DNA from: Hydrolagus affinis | Lineage: Eukaryota | Direction of reading: 5' to 3' | Length of the DNA: 64,000 nt | Assembly: GCA_012026655.1 (NCBI GenBank) | Contig: JAAILG010001142.1 | Span: 1 to 64,000 of the forward strand | Shown here: positions 24,501-35,765 of the stretch, one piece after another | Numbering within the stretch: the stretch's first letter is position 1 | Layout of the letters: each line of letters opens with the position of its first letter | Made by a program: the position numbers and the translations under genes | Notes under the pieces: generated by a model | Database searches by the model: none | What the model was told of the DNA's origin: nothing | Seen by the model: the letters and a program-made list of their open reading frames with translations, nothing else

Positions 24501-25228
24501 ATTTATTTAGCCTTCTCCACAGTTAGTTTCAACTCCCTGTGAAGATCAGATGCTACATGTGTAAGCAATTTTGTGAGGGAAGGGAATGTGGTGGATGAGA
24601 GTCCCATGCTGCAGACTAAACATATGAAGAAGATGTGGTGACTTGTTTATATTGCTATCCTCTTAATTAACTCCAGCCTAAAGCTTATTTCAGAAGTGAT
24701 TGTATCTGAATTTAAGGCCAGTTCGCAGTGGGATTTGGGAAGTTTATCCTGTTGGACAGATATTGGCTTTCATGATTGATTAAGTCTTGACTGGCTATTA
24801 GGTTTGGGGCTTCCAGTGTAAATCAGGTCAAATTCTATTTTTAATTTTCAATTATTGTGGGTGGTGTATTGAAGAAGAACTGATCAATTTTTAACTTGTG
24901 TTTAATTAAAACTGTATTCCTTAGCCATGTTGAATTTTTTTTTCCAAAATAAGTTCTCGCTCTTCCAGATCAATATTCCCAGTCACCGAATTCAGGCAAG
25001 TAGTCTGCTCCCGTGCTCTTAGAATCTTGCAGCACAGAAGGAAGCCATCGAGCATCATGCTCGTGATAGAGCTTTAAAAGAGCTAACCGACTAGTCCCAC
25101 TCACCCGCACTCATCCCATAGCTCTGCAATGTTTTCCTGTTCAAGTACTTATCCAATTCCCTTTTGAGTCAAGGATGCTCTGTTAACTATTCCTGTAATT
25201 GTGAGACTTGTGGTCCATGGGTGAAATC

Positions 25229-25573
25229 TAATAATAATAATAATAATAATCCTTGCATTTAATATAGCGCTTTCCACATCTTATCAACGTCCCAAAGCGC
25301 TTCACAGAATATACTGTAAAGTGAATTGACTGTATATATTTGTGGGCGAATCGTGGCAGCCAATTGCGCACAGCAGTGTCCACACACAGTCGTGGATTGA
25401 AATGACCAATTTTATTATTGTGTGTTTTTGGAGGGATTATTATTAGGCGTGTGGAGTAAGGAAACTTGCCCAAGGTTTCGCCCTGACCTGCCTGGATTCG
25501 AACACAGGTTTCCCCAGCTTGGTTTCCCCAGCTTGCAAGACAAGTGCTCTAACCACTGAGCCACAGGAGCTCC
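25229..25573 (-). mobile_element. Same SINE, full length, with a 14-bp internal duplication (ggtttccccagctt x2)
   Basis: Reverse complement of the consensus; (TAA)n tail; followed by (TA)n at 25579-25608. Confidence 0.9.
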
Positions 25574-25577
25574 ACAA

Positions 25578-25615
<38 letters not shown>

Positions 25616-26269
25616 GTATATTCTATAACTCTATTGTACAGCACTTTGGAATCCCAGTGCACTGTTACTTCCAGTATATTCATACATTTAAACATAAATA
25701 TTTAAATAAGAAGCCAAGCATCAGTGCATATTATCTACAAGTATATGGAGTTCTGTTTTATGCTTGTCCTTCCATAAATGAACTCATCTGCAACAGAATT
25801 TTTTTTAAACATTAAAAAAAATAAACGGGGTAACAAGATATTGTGAAGAACATACACTAATTCTAGACACAACTGGAGAAAAGGAGTATGATAATGATAG
25901 TAAAGTAATGCCAGTTGGTATAAATCTTTCATGTTGAAGAGTATACTTAATAAAATTCTAGTGTTGAGATAATTTTACAGTGTTTGCAATAGTGCGTGGA
26001 TTGCAATTTGGTCATATATTGTCATCTTACTGTGAGATTTGCTACAGGTATTGAAGGCTTCAATTTCAAGAAAATGGCAGGTGGGTGTGAAAATGTTCAC
26101 TTTAACGGCCTGAATTTTGATGCTTTGAAGTTGTGTGCTGTGACAACTACAGAAATAGTTTCATAGACGTGTTACATTTTGCAAGGCTAAAGGAAATTAA
26201 TTCCAGTGAATTATAAGGACTGCAGGAAATTTGGCATTTCTTTTTAACTCTTGTTTTCTTTTTCTGCAG

Positions 26270-26353
26270 TCATAATGAGCGGAAAGTAACCTGCAAACAT
26301 CCAGTGACGGGACTTACATCACAAGAAAACTGCATATTTGTCATGAATGAAGA
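26270..26353 (+). CDS. PLEKHA5: PLEKHA5 coding exon (about exon 4; end of second WW region), 84 nt, phase 2-2
   Basis: Acceptor tttttctgcag, donor gtaagt; translates HNERKVTCKHPVTGLTSQENCIFVMNE, matching vertebrate PLEKHA5 HNERKVTCKHPVTG..CIFVVNE as I recall it. Confidence 0.93.
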
Positions 26354-26516
26354 GTAAGTCTTTCCGTTTTGCATGTTCGCTCCGGCATATTTTTACATGC
26401 TCTGTCCCCCTAGAAAGAGCTTATGTGGTTTTTTAAATGTTGAATATGCCATTGTAGAAAACACAGAATAAGTTTATCACTTGCTTAAAGTTCTAAATTT
26501 TAACTTCTATGGAGTA

Positions 26517-26873
26517 CCGTAAATACCCGCGTATAAGGCGCATCCCCCACTTTTGATCTTTTCTTTGTGAAAAAAAATTGAAGCATTTTCGATGATATTG
26601 CCGGCGGGAAAAAAATTTCTGCTGGAAAAAAACATCCATCGGCGGTGTAGTCCAGCATTACAGTGAAGTAAGAATTACCAGGCATCGAAGGTGAGTGGCG
26701 CCTGGTCTGCGTTGCCGATCCTGGAGAGCGGCTAGTCGTACTGGCGGTGCAGCTTGATGACGTACCTCTGGGGGCTGGTCATCTTTTCCTTGTATCTGCA
26801 TATAGGGCGCACCCCCAACTTTCGAGACTTTCCAACGTGAAAAAAAGTGCGCCTTATACGCGGAGATTTACGG
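26517..26873. mobile_element. TcMar (Tc2/pogo-like, CCGTA termini) MITE, 357 bp
   Basis: TA TSD; 26-bp TIRs ccgtaaatacccgcgtataaggcgca / tgcgccttatacgcggagatttacgg with 2 mismatches. Confidence 0.9.
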
Positions 26874-27772
26874 TAAATGTCAGTGTGTTTTACAAAACGA
26901 TACCTCACTATTAATCTTTAATAATAATAATCCTTGCATTTGATTTAGCACTCTTCACGTCTTCAAGACATCTCAAAGTGCTTCCCAGAATATGCTGTAA
27001 AGTGAATTGACTGTATATTTTTTAGGCTTGGTACCACAAAAGCACCACACAAAAACAACAATTGAAGCCAATCATTTATGCAAAGCATTCAGCCAGATAA
27101 CAATAACTACATCCAGATGTTCATCAACGTGGCCTAATCCAATTTCCCTAATCGATCGGCCATCTTTTGTTTAAAAAGTTTATACAAAGAACATTGAGAA
27201 CCTCTTGAATAATGTGTTGAGCCAAATTTTCATCTAATTAATTGGGAAACCAAATGAAAGTATTTACATTAATTCCAGTTGGCTGCAGCATGTTGTACTA
27301 AAGTGCCCGGGAGCAAAAGTAACCCATCTGTTGTAGCAGGTTCATGTTGGATGGTGAGGAAATTCAGCCGTTACTGAGTGCTGCACACAGTAGCAACATG
27401 TTGTGCAAAATGCACTTGTTCAAATAATGTTATTGATATTTATAATACTTGTGTGGTCCAGAAATGAGGGAATTGTTCCTATGAAAATGACTTTATTAAA
27501 GTAATCCGGTTGCTTATCTCATCCAACAGTCTTATTTTCCAAATAGATTGCAATCAAAACTTGTTTGTGGAAATAATCTTCCAAATTGTATTTGTTGAGC
27601 ACTGTAGCCAAATGGGAATTAGTCATTTGGTGGGAGGGGGTGTTGGTACGGGAGGCACTCCTGGTGCCTGGGTTCATTTCAAGGTCTTGGTCTCAACTGC
27701 CATTTAACCTTGGTCTCTTACTGTCTTTTTTTAAATAAAGTTGCATCAACATGCTTCCTAATGACCATTTCC

Positions 27773-27911
27773 AAAATAAAAACACAAAATACTGCAGAGG
27801 CTGGAAATCTGAAACAAACAGAAATGGCTGGGAACACTCAGCAGGTCAGGCAGCATCTATGGAGAAAGGAAAAGTGAGTGAACGTTTCGGATCCACAACC
27901 CTTCGTCAGGA
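27773..27911 (-). mobile_element. Penelope-like terminal repeat fragment with a minimal hammerhead core
   Basis: ctggaaatctgaaacaaacagaa..ctcagcaggtcaggcagcatct is a common shark repeat as I recall it; the minus strand reads CTGACGA-A-GGGT-TGTGG-ATCC-GAAA-CGTTC. Confidence 0.65.
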
Positions 27912-28356
27912 TCTAGCCACAGAGGCAGTCTGTAGAGAAACATACCTCTCTCCCGGTAACTTACTGACTAACTGTGGGCAAAGAGGATTCAGAAATTATA
28001 TCCTTATACTCTTGGAGAAAGCATGGGAATTGTCCCAAGGCTCTGCTGATGAACCAGTCATTTTAAATATGCAAACTCTCATAATCACTGAACACTAGAA
28101 GTAAGTGAAAAAAGGTGTGATACCATTTAGGCATGTTTTATATGGTGGCTTTTGACACTGTCCAGAACCGTTTCCCGAGGCTTAGCAACAGTTTTAATTA
28201 TGATCAACATATGCCCGTTCCACGTAAATTTCATTGAGTAAATCTGGTAGCATTGTATTTATGTTGAGAGTGTGCTGTGGGTTAAAAAAGAAGTATTGAA
28301 TTGTTATGAGTTGATTTTAGCAGGCAAGGAGATGCTTATGAACGGCTGCCAATATA

Positions 28357-29143
28357 CAGTACAAGCTCGTTTATCCCTCGGGACCTGGCCAGTGCCGGTT
28401 AAAGCGCCTGCCGGATATTCGGCAGAAAACCCAACACAAAAAAATTATTAATTTTTTTTAAATTTCATTTTTTAAAACATTGCATATTAATAATGGACTA
28501 AATAATAATTTATATGATAATATAATATATAAATAATAATTATAATCGTTTTACACATAGCGACCAGGCAGTTCAGAGAGATCTTTCAGCTAGTGCAAAA
28601 GTTACATGTCTGAATTATACTGTTCTCATTGGGGTCAGAAGAGAGGAAAGCTTGTGTTATTGAGAAAGCAGAGAGTGAGCGGCGGCCGCTTAGTTCAATT
28701 AACTTTCTTTCCAAAAAGCCTTGTGATGCCTGTGTGTGTGTGTGCACTAACTTGAAACACTGCACTCTGTAAAACGAGCATTGCAGGGATGAGTCTTTTT
28801 TTTATTAAAATAAAATAAAATGATTTGATCTGCAAGCTTTGCTCAGGGTGGGTGTGTGTTTTGCTGTTTTGTGGCTAAACTAAATCTAAATTAATCAACT
28901 CACCCCGCTCTGCCTCTCAAAGAGTACACTACGGAGAGTGCATTGCTTTACAGTACCGGCAACATTCTGAGCCAGCACCACCATCAGGCACCTAGTAGCA
29001 GCATTCTAATATACTGTCGCAACACAAAACATCCCAAAAAATTCTGGATAGATTCTGGTTTATCGAATGCAGACCTTTTTTTTGCAGTGCCGGTTATACG
29101 GAAGTTATGGTTGATCGGGTCATGGATAAACGGGCTTCTACTG
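28357..29143. mobile_element. Tigger-like MITE, same family
   Basis: TA TSD; cagtacaagctcgtttatcc / ggataaacgggcttctactg. Confidence 0.87.
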
Positions 29144-29774
29144 TAAATGGTTTTACGTTTGTTGCACATGGAACAGTAGGTTGCATCAATAAAAGCTCTT
29201 CAGTTTCCATGGGAATTACAAAGCTTACCAGCCCAGAGATATTGTTTGACTCAGCCTCTCAATATCTGTTTTGAGTTTAGCAAATCCTGGAAGGCATAGC
29301 GGTGGGTGGGTGTCTTGCGTGGAGGCAGAATTGCCTTTCTCCCAAACAAACATGAATCAGTCAGTACCAGAATCTCTTCTGTGATACGAATCTCAAAGCA
29401 AATAGCTGACATGAGATGCCAGATCTAGCTCAGTCTAGTTGTATGCAAGACATGCTTTCATATCTAAAGTAATTTACACAGTGGTACTGACTGATTCATG
29501 TGAAACTTTATGCTCTACAGATAAAATGCTTATTTTCAGGTGAGGCAAAAGATTTGCAAAGAAATTTGTGTGTGAAAAAGCTCTATATCAAATGCAAAGA
29601 TTATTATTATTATAATATTTGCTTACATTTTCATTATCATATTATCTTTCCGATCCATATTGCAGAATAATTCAGTTCTAAAGCAGGAATTTATGAGTTT
29701 GTCCACTCTTGTTTCTTGGATCTAAATTATTATTTCACACGAACAATTAATCTATAAGCACTTTGAGATATCAG

Positions 29775-30150
29775 AGTTCTGTTGCTCAGTGGTTCGACCA
29801 CTCGCCTCGCAAGCAAGAGATCTGGGTTAGATTGCCGGCAGGGCAAAATATTGTTCAGATTTCCTTACTCCTCATGCCTCTGCTTATCTAGCAATCAGTA
29901 GGAACCTGGTTGTTAGTTGATTGTTGGATTATTTTTCCACAGGGACTAATTCTATTAAGAAAATAATAATAATAAATTTGTCACTTCAATCCCTGCCTGT
30001 TTGTGGTACACTGGCACGATTGGCTGCTGAGTTTCGCTCACAAAATATAGAGCTGATTCACCTTAAAGTATATTCGTGAAGTTCTTTGAGGCGTCTGGAA
30101 GATGTGATAAGGCGCTATATCAAATACAAGGATTATTATTTATTATAATA
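29775..30150 (+). mobile_element. SINE, older long-body variant
   Basis: tRNA head, extra segment ctctgcttatctagcaatcagtaggaacctggttgttag, then core and tail. Confidence 0.8.
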
Positions 30151-33100
30151 ATAATAAAGTACTGTAATATAATAAATAATAAAAGTGGCTATTTCGTGCC
30201 TCCTGCCTTATTATTATTATCATCTTTGCAATGGGAAAGGCTATGTCAAATGCAAGAAATATTATTTATTCTCTATCCAACCATACTTTACCTGATTTAG
30301 AAATGCTTCACATTGATATGAGTTTCTCAAAATGGGAATGCCCTTTTCTGTGTTCAAACATTCTTCATCTTTCTGTCCACAGGAATTCCTAGAGCTTAAT
30401 TACAGCTTCATTTTAGGGAATATTGCAGCAATTATCTTCACTTCTCTGCCCCATCCAGTAATTATGAATCCATGTCTATAACTATCACTGGCAAGTTGTC
30501 TTTGAATGTGCAATTCAGTAATGCACTCCACTTGTAATGTTCAAGTGATATAAGTCTCAGTACTGAGTCTGTCTGCATTTATTTCAACCCGCAAGGATGC
30601 CTAAATGATGATTGAATTCCAAGATGCAGTTTTTTTTAAAAAAACCCTCAAGGAATGTTGTACTTGTGACTGTGAGCCTTGCTAGCAGTTTGGTAATAAA
30701 CCAGGATTCAGTTTCAGCCAGGCTGACTTTCCAAAAATGTTTACTGCAAGGTCGCTCACACTTTCTAAATAGTATTTCAATTGTGTGAGTTGTAAGCACA
30801 TCTATGCAAAATGTTTTCATGTAATTGGGAGTTGTGAATTAATTTTTGATGAGGAAAAGAGTTCTGCTACACATTTTTGAATTAGCTGATGCAATTCGTA
30901 TCTGCACAAGATATTTTTTTATTGGTGGAAATTTGGTCTGGTTATGAGGGCTCATTTTTGATTTAAGCCATATTGTTAGAAGTGACTTAATGGTGTGCAG
31001 TATGAAGAAAAGTAGAAATTTGAATTGAAACTGTGCCTCTCTTCTTTACCCCAAAATATATAGTGATTTACAGTTGAAATTTAGAATATTAATGCCTTGT
31101 AAAGCTAAACCAAATCTGCTTTAGTTCTGTGTTTTTGATGATAGAACTTGGTGCGGTTGAGGAATAGACTTACTGAATTTAGTTTGTGAAGAAGAAAGGC
31201 AAATTGAATTTACAGCGCTACAGTTTGCATGTGTTTTTTAATGTGATTAGACATTTTCTAAAATCACTTAAAACTAATTTGTATGCTATCGGCAAGATGT
31301 GCAAATATATTTTTTGTCTGCATTAAATCAATTGTAAAGTTAATTGATGAAAGGGAATGCACAATTGCAAAGGACAGCTATCAAGCTTCAATCCAAGAAT
31401 TGTAGATGGCAGGCGTATATAGGAATGTGTCTGGTTTGGATACTGTTATGATGGGTTTAGGCACCTGGCTGACCCCACAAAAACTCTTCAATTTATAAAT
31501 AACCTTAAATGCCTAAGGATTATGACAATTTTTCCATGCCATTATTGAGTTTCTGTAGCCTTAGATTAAAATTCTCTGAATTGTTCACTGTTCAGGATTT
31601 GGATGATGAGTTTCAGTCATTGTTTGGTTACGTATATATAGTATATGCACACAGCTGTTTTTTACACTTATGGCAGTTAACCAGTGTATGAAGTTTATAC
31701 ACACATCTTAGAAAAGATGAACAGTATTTGTGGATCATTAGATCATTATGAATACCAGCTGGTTTATTTAACCCACTTTCTGACTTTAATTATTAAGAGA
31801 ATCATTCTGTTTTTATTGAGCATAAAGCCTTGGAAATATTTTGAGCTGTCAAAACAATTTCTGCACTGGTTCAGATAGCATTTCCACAGACCTTTTCTTG
31901 ATGTCTCAGGTTCGCAATTCAACCAAACCTTTTGACAGAACCAAAGGTTTTAAGACAGAAAACTTTATTGTAGCCTCGAATAGAGCATTTTCTTGATCAC
32001 GAGGAAACATTAGAGGAAGGAAAGTAACAAAGGTTTAGAAGCTATTAAGTGAGCAATGCAATTTCCTTTCCAGAGTTATAAAATCTGATCTTGCACAAAT
32101 TTGAATAACATGCAGTGCAGTGTGGTTGTTAGAACGTATATTGTTTTATTAGTTGTAGCAAAAACTCTTACATGGCATATATGTGTAGTGCTGACTACAT
32201 GTTTCTTAAACTGTACATAATTCTCCTTCTGGCAGTGAAAAATTACATCCAGGGACTCTAGAGTGCTGCGGTTGGAAACCTTTAAACAGACCTGTGCTAT
32301 GTTCATTAAATTTTCAATTTTGCATGATACCAAAGTTTTTTCATACAGTTGTCGATGGCATGCCAAAAGTGAGCTCATAAAATCTAGTGTTTTAGAGTTC
32401 AATTTTTCATTTTTTTTTAAGGAAAAGTATTTATTGCTTGACTGCTTTTGTGGTTTATGGTTTTAGTCACCAAAAAAGAAGCTGAATATAAATCCTCAGA
32501 GGTGCCCTCATGTCTAGCCCTATTTCATAAAGACATAGGGGATGGGGGAAGCCTTAATTGAGATGTTGTTGGGATCTTTATTGACCATGGGGAAAAATAC
32601 ACATATCGCCAAATAAATCTGTTCTGGAAATTGCGCACACAACCCACAAAACAGCTCCTGTCAATCAAAACCCATTCTGGTTAATTAAATGTTCTAGTTG
32701 AGCCTCAAAGACAGCTCTGACCATTGCACTCTGACCATTGATACCATTCACCAACTCACAGGGACAGCCATCTTGTACAGTGGTACCGACTGTACCGTGC
32801 CGAGCCCCCAGCTTATAAACCATTTTAATATTTTCCCACATGATGGGAGCATGATAAATGTAAGTTGTTGTTAAAGACCTGCAATAATTGTCTCCCAATC
32901 TAAAATTTTCTCTAATTTGGCTCTGTTGAAAACTTTTTTTCAAACAGTTTTGAAAGCACTTCAGACGAGACTGAATAAAATCTGTCCTGAACATGCTCGG
33001 AGCCATGGGAATTATTGTGGTCAAGGTTATTTGTACGGATTGCTAGGAACCACTTCGATGTAGGTTTATTATTGTAGCACCAAAATATTGTGTGTCTGAT

Positions 33101-33484
33101 CTCGACTGTCAATTGAAAATCTTCACTACCAGAGGTCTGATGCTTCCCCAGTGCAGAGGAGAGGAAATTAGATAGCTCTTCATGCACCATTTAGAGGTCA
33201 GTATCAAGGGCACTGTTGGTGGAAACCTGGGAGTTGGTTGCTTTCTGTTAATGGTTTGTGGCTGATGGAGACCCAAGTTAGGATTAGAGAATACATTATT
33301 CATACATTTCACTTCAAACCAGTTACCTGTGTGTATAACGGTGTTGCTATACTATTTGGGACTTATTTTATTGTACAGTAAAACCTCGATAATCTGACAT
33401 TCTAAAAGCCGGCAACTCCCTACAACTGGCAAGATTCAAATTACATACAGTATTAGGTTTTTTCCAATGTTCAGCAAATTGTGT

Positions 33485-33792
33485 AGTTCTGTAGCTCAAT
33501 GGTTAGAGCACTTGCCTTATAAGCAAGAGACCTGGTTTCAATGCCAGGCAGGGCGAAACCCTGGACAAGTTTCCTTGCTCCATACACTTAATAATAATTC
33601 CTAATAATAAGAAAAATAAATTGGTCAGTTCAACCCAAGACTGTTTGTGGGACACTGCTGTGCACAATTGGCTGCCATGTTTCGTCCACATATTTACAGT
33701 CAATTCACTTTACAGTATATTCTGTGAAGCGCTTTGAGACATAGGCTAGAAGCATGAAAAGCATTATATCAAATGCAAGGATTATTATTATT
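33485..33792 (+). mobile_element. Same SINE, full length
   Basis: Head, core and tail all present. Confidence 0.9.
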
Positions 33793-33908
33793 AAATATCT
33801 CAAAGTCCGAAACAGCTGCTTACAGTTCCCGGCGTGGCCGCTCTGTTACCCAGCGCTGTGGGTGGAGCTCAGGGATTGTTTGGCTTCAGTGCTGTGTTTG
33901 CAGCAAAC

Positions 33909-33946
33909 ATGGTGTATGGGGCGGGGCTTCACCAGCTATTTCTAGG
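33909..33946 (+). CDS. Candidate alternative first coding exon (MVYGAGLHQLFLG)
   Basis: gcaaacATGG Kozak context; 38 nt open to AGG|gtaggt donor; phase 2 matches the exon at 45262; locally GC/CpG-richer. Confidence 0.35.
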
Positions 33947-35404
33947 GTAGGTTTCTAAATATTGTCAAACTCCGAAATCCGCAAAGTGAGTGGGACCAAC
34001 AGTGACGGATTATTGAGGTTTTCCCAGGTTTTATTGAGGTGAGAGTGCGCATTGAAAAGTTATGTACGCTGAACAGTTCTGGGTGCATAGACGGATATCT
34101 TGTAGTAAATTTGTAAATAAACATTGTCACTGTGTTTGAGGAATTACGTGAAGGTGATGAGAATAATTCTATGATCATTTATTTTATTTATATGTTAAGC
34201 CTATTGATTGATTGGAATAAAAAACTATTACATTTGCTGTCATAAGGATCTCTGATAATGTCCTTGATGATTATCACAGCTGCAGGCATTACATCCAAAC
34301 AGTTACTGCGTGACATTCCCCTTCCCGATCTTCGGCAACTTGATTTTCTCGTGTTTGTGACACTTTTCACTTGTAATCCAATGGAGGACAGCATTTGGGG
34401 ATCTTGTTGTGGAATACCAGATGGATTAGCTCAGTCATTCATCTGAAAGTACTTAACAACTCAACTTACACCTATTACAATTCTACGATTGTCTTCATTT
34501 AGAAACTCCCAATTTTGTTCGTTCTTGCTGCTCAGTGTAACTGGCCGATTTCAACACCTTAACGTTCAGGGTTGTCTTATGAAAAGTGGCGAGTTTAAAT
34601 GCTGACACTCGTCAACTTGAACACGGGTCTTTGCAGAGTCTCTTGAATAATGAAAGGCCTAAATCAAATGTACTCAAGAAGCCCTTTAATACGAGACTCC
34701 CATCATATTCTACTAAGAATAGCTCAATTATAGTAGGGTTAGAAGTTAGGAAGTCAGTCATTCAAACATAAATAGTTTCTTAATTCTAGCTATTTGCTTG
34801 AAATTCAGAATTACCAACTCTGTAAACATACTGGATATGTTCCTTATAATGTGTGCAATTATTTCAGGTTTACATGATGCATATATATTACTGCTTCATG
34901 CATTTCCAGCGATTGTATGTATTAATGTGATTTTCTTTCATATTTAGTTGAATTGCACAAGTGCTGTGTGAAAGACAGTTTCAACATTGATTGGGATTTT
35001 GGCTCATACAGTCTTTTTATATTAACATCCAGAGGAATGCAACATGAAACTAAGTATGTTTACTATACCCTAGGCCAATACTGCAATTAAGTTGAAGTTA
35101 CTGTAATTTTCAGAGAGACTATCTCTGCAGAGAATGCCACTTATGATTAAAGTAAACATTACCCGAAAGGCTGGAAGGGAAGGGCACGTGAGTAAATAGA
35201 GGGTTGGTGGTGAAAAAGACTAGGAGCATTTCAAATAAATAAAAATAAGTATTTGATTGTTTGAAAGGTCAGTTGCATAACTGTAAGAACAAATTTAAAA
35301 GTACTGACATGGTTGTCTCAGCAGGAGGGATCGCCTAGCATGCATTCTTCAGCCGAGGATCCAACATAGGATTCAACCTGTTTAAATACTGAATGATAGT
35401 ATAA

Positions 35405-35765
35405 TGTAGCTCATTGGTTATAACTCTCGGTTCGCAGAGAGAGGACCTGGGTTCAATACCCGGCTTGGGTGAAATGTCGGGCAAATTTCCTTACTCCACA
35501 CCAATTGTGTACCCCATTGTTTACCTAGCAGTAAGTAGGTTGTTGGTCAATTGGGGGATTGCTTTTCCAGTGGATAATAATCGCTTCAAAAAGAAATGAT
35601 TTGGTCACTCCTATCAAATCCGTTTGTGGGACACTGCTGTGTGCCATTAATTGGCTGCCACAATATGTACAGTCAGTTCACTTTACAGTATATTGTGTGA
35701 AATGCTTTGAGACATCTCAAAGATGTGACAAGGGGCTACAATCAAATGCAAGGAATATTATTATT
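35405..35765 (+). mobile_element. SINE, older long-body variant
   Basis: Contains the gtttacctagcagtaagtagg segment. Confidence 0.8.

Noticed and set aside
34381-34446. ATG-led MEDSIWGSCCGIPDGLAQ as an alternative N-terminus
   Set aside because: No credible donor in the required phase (gtcatt is poor)
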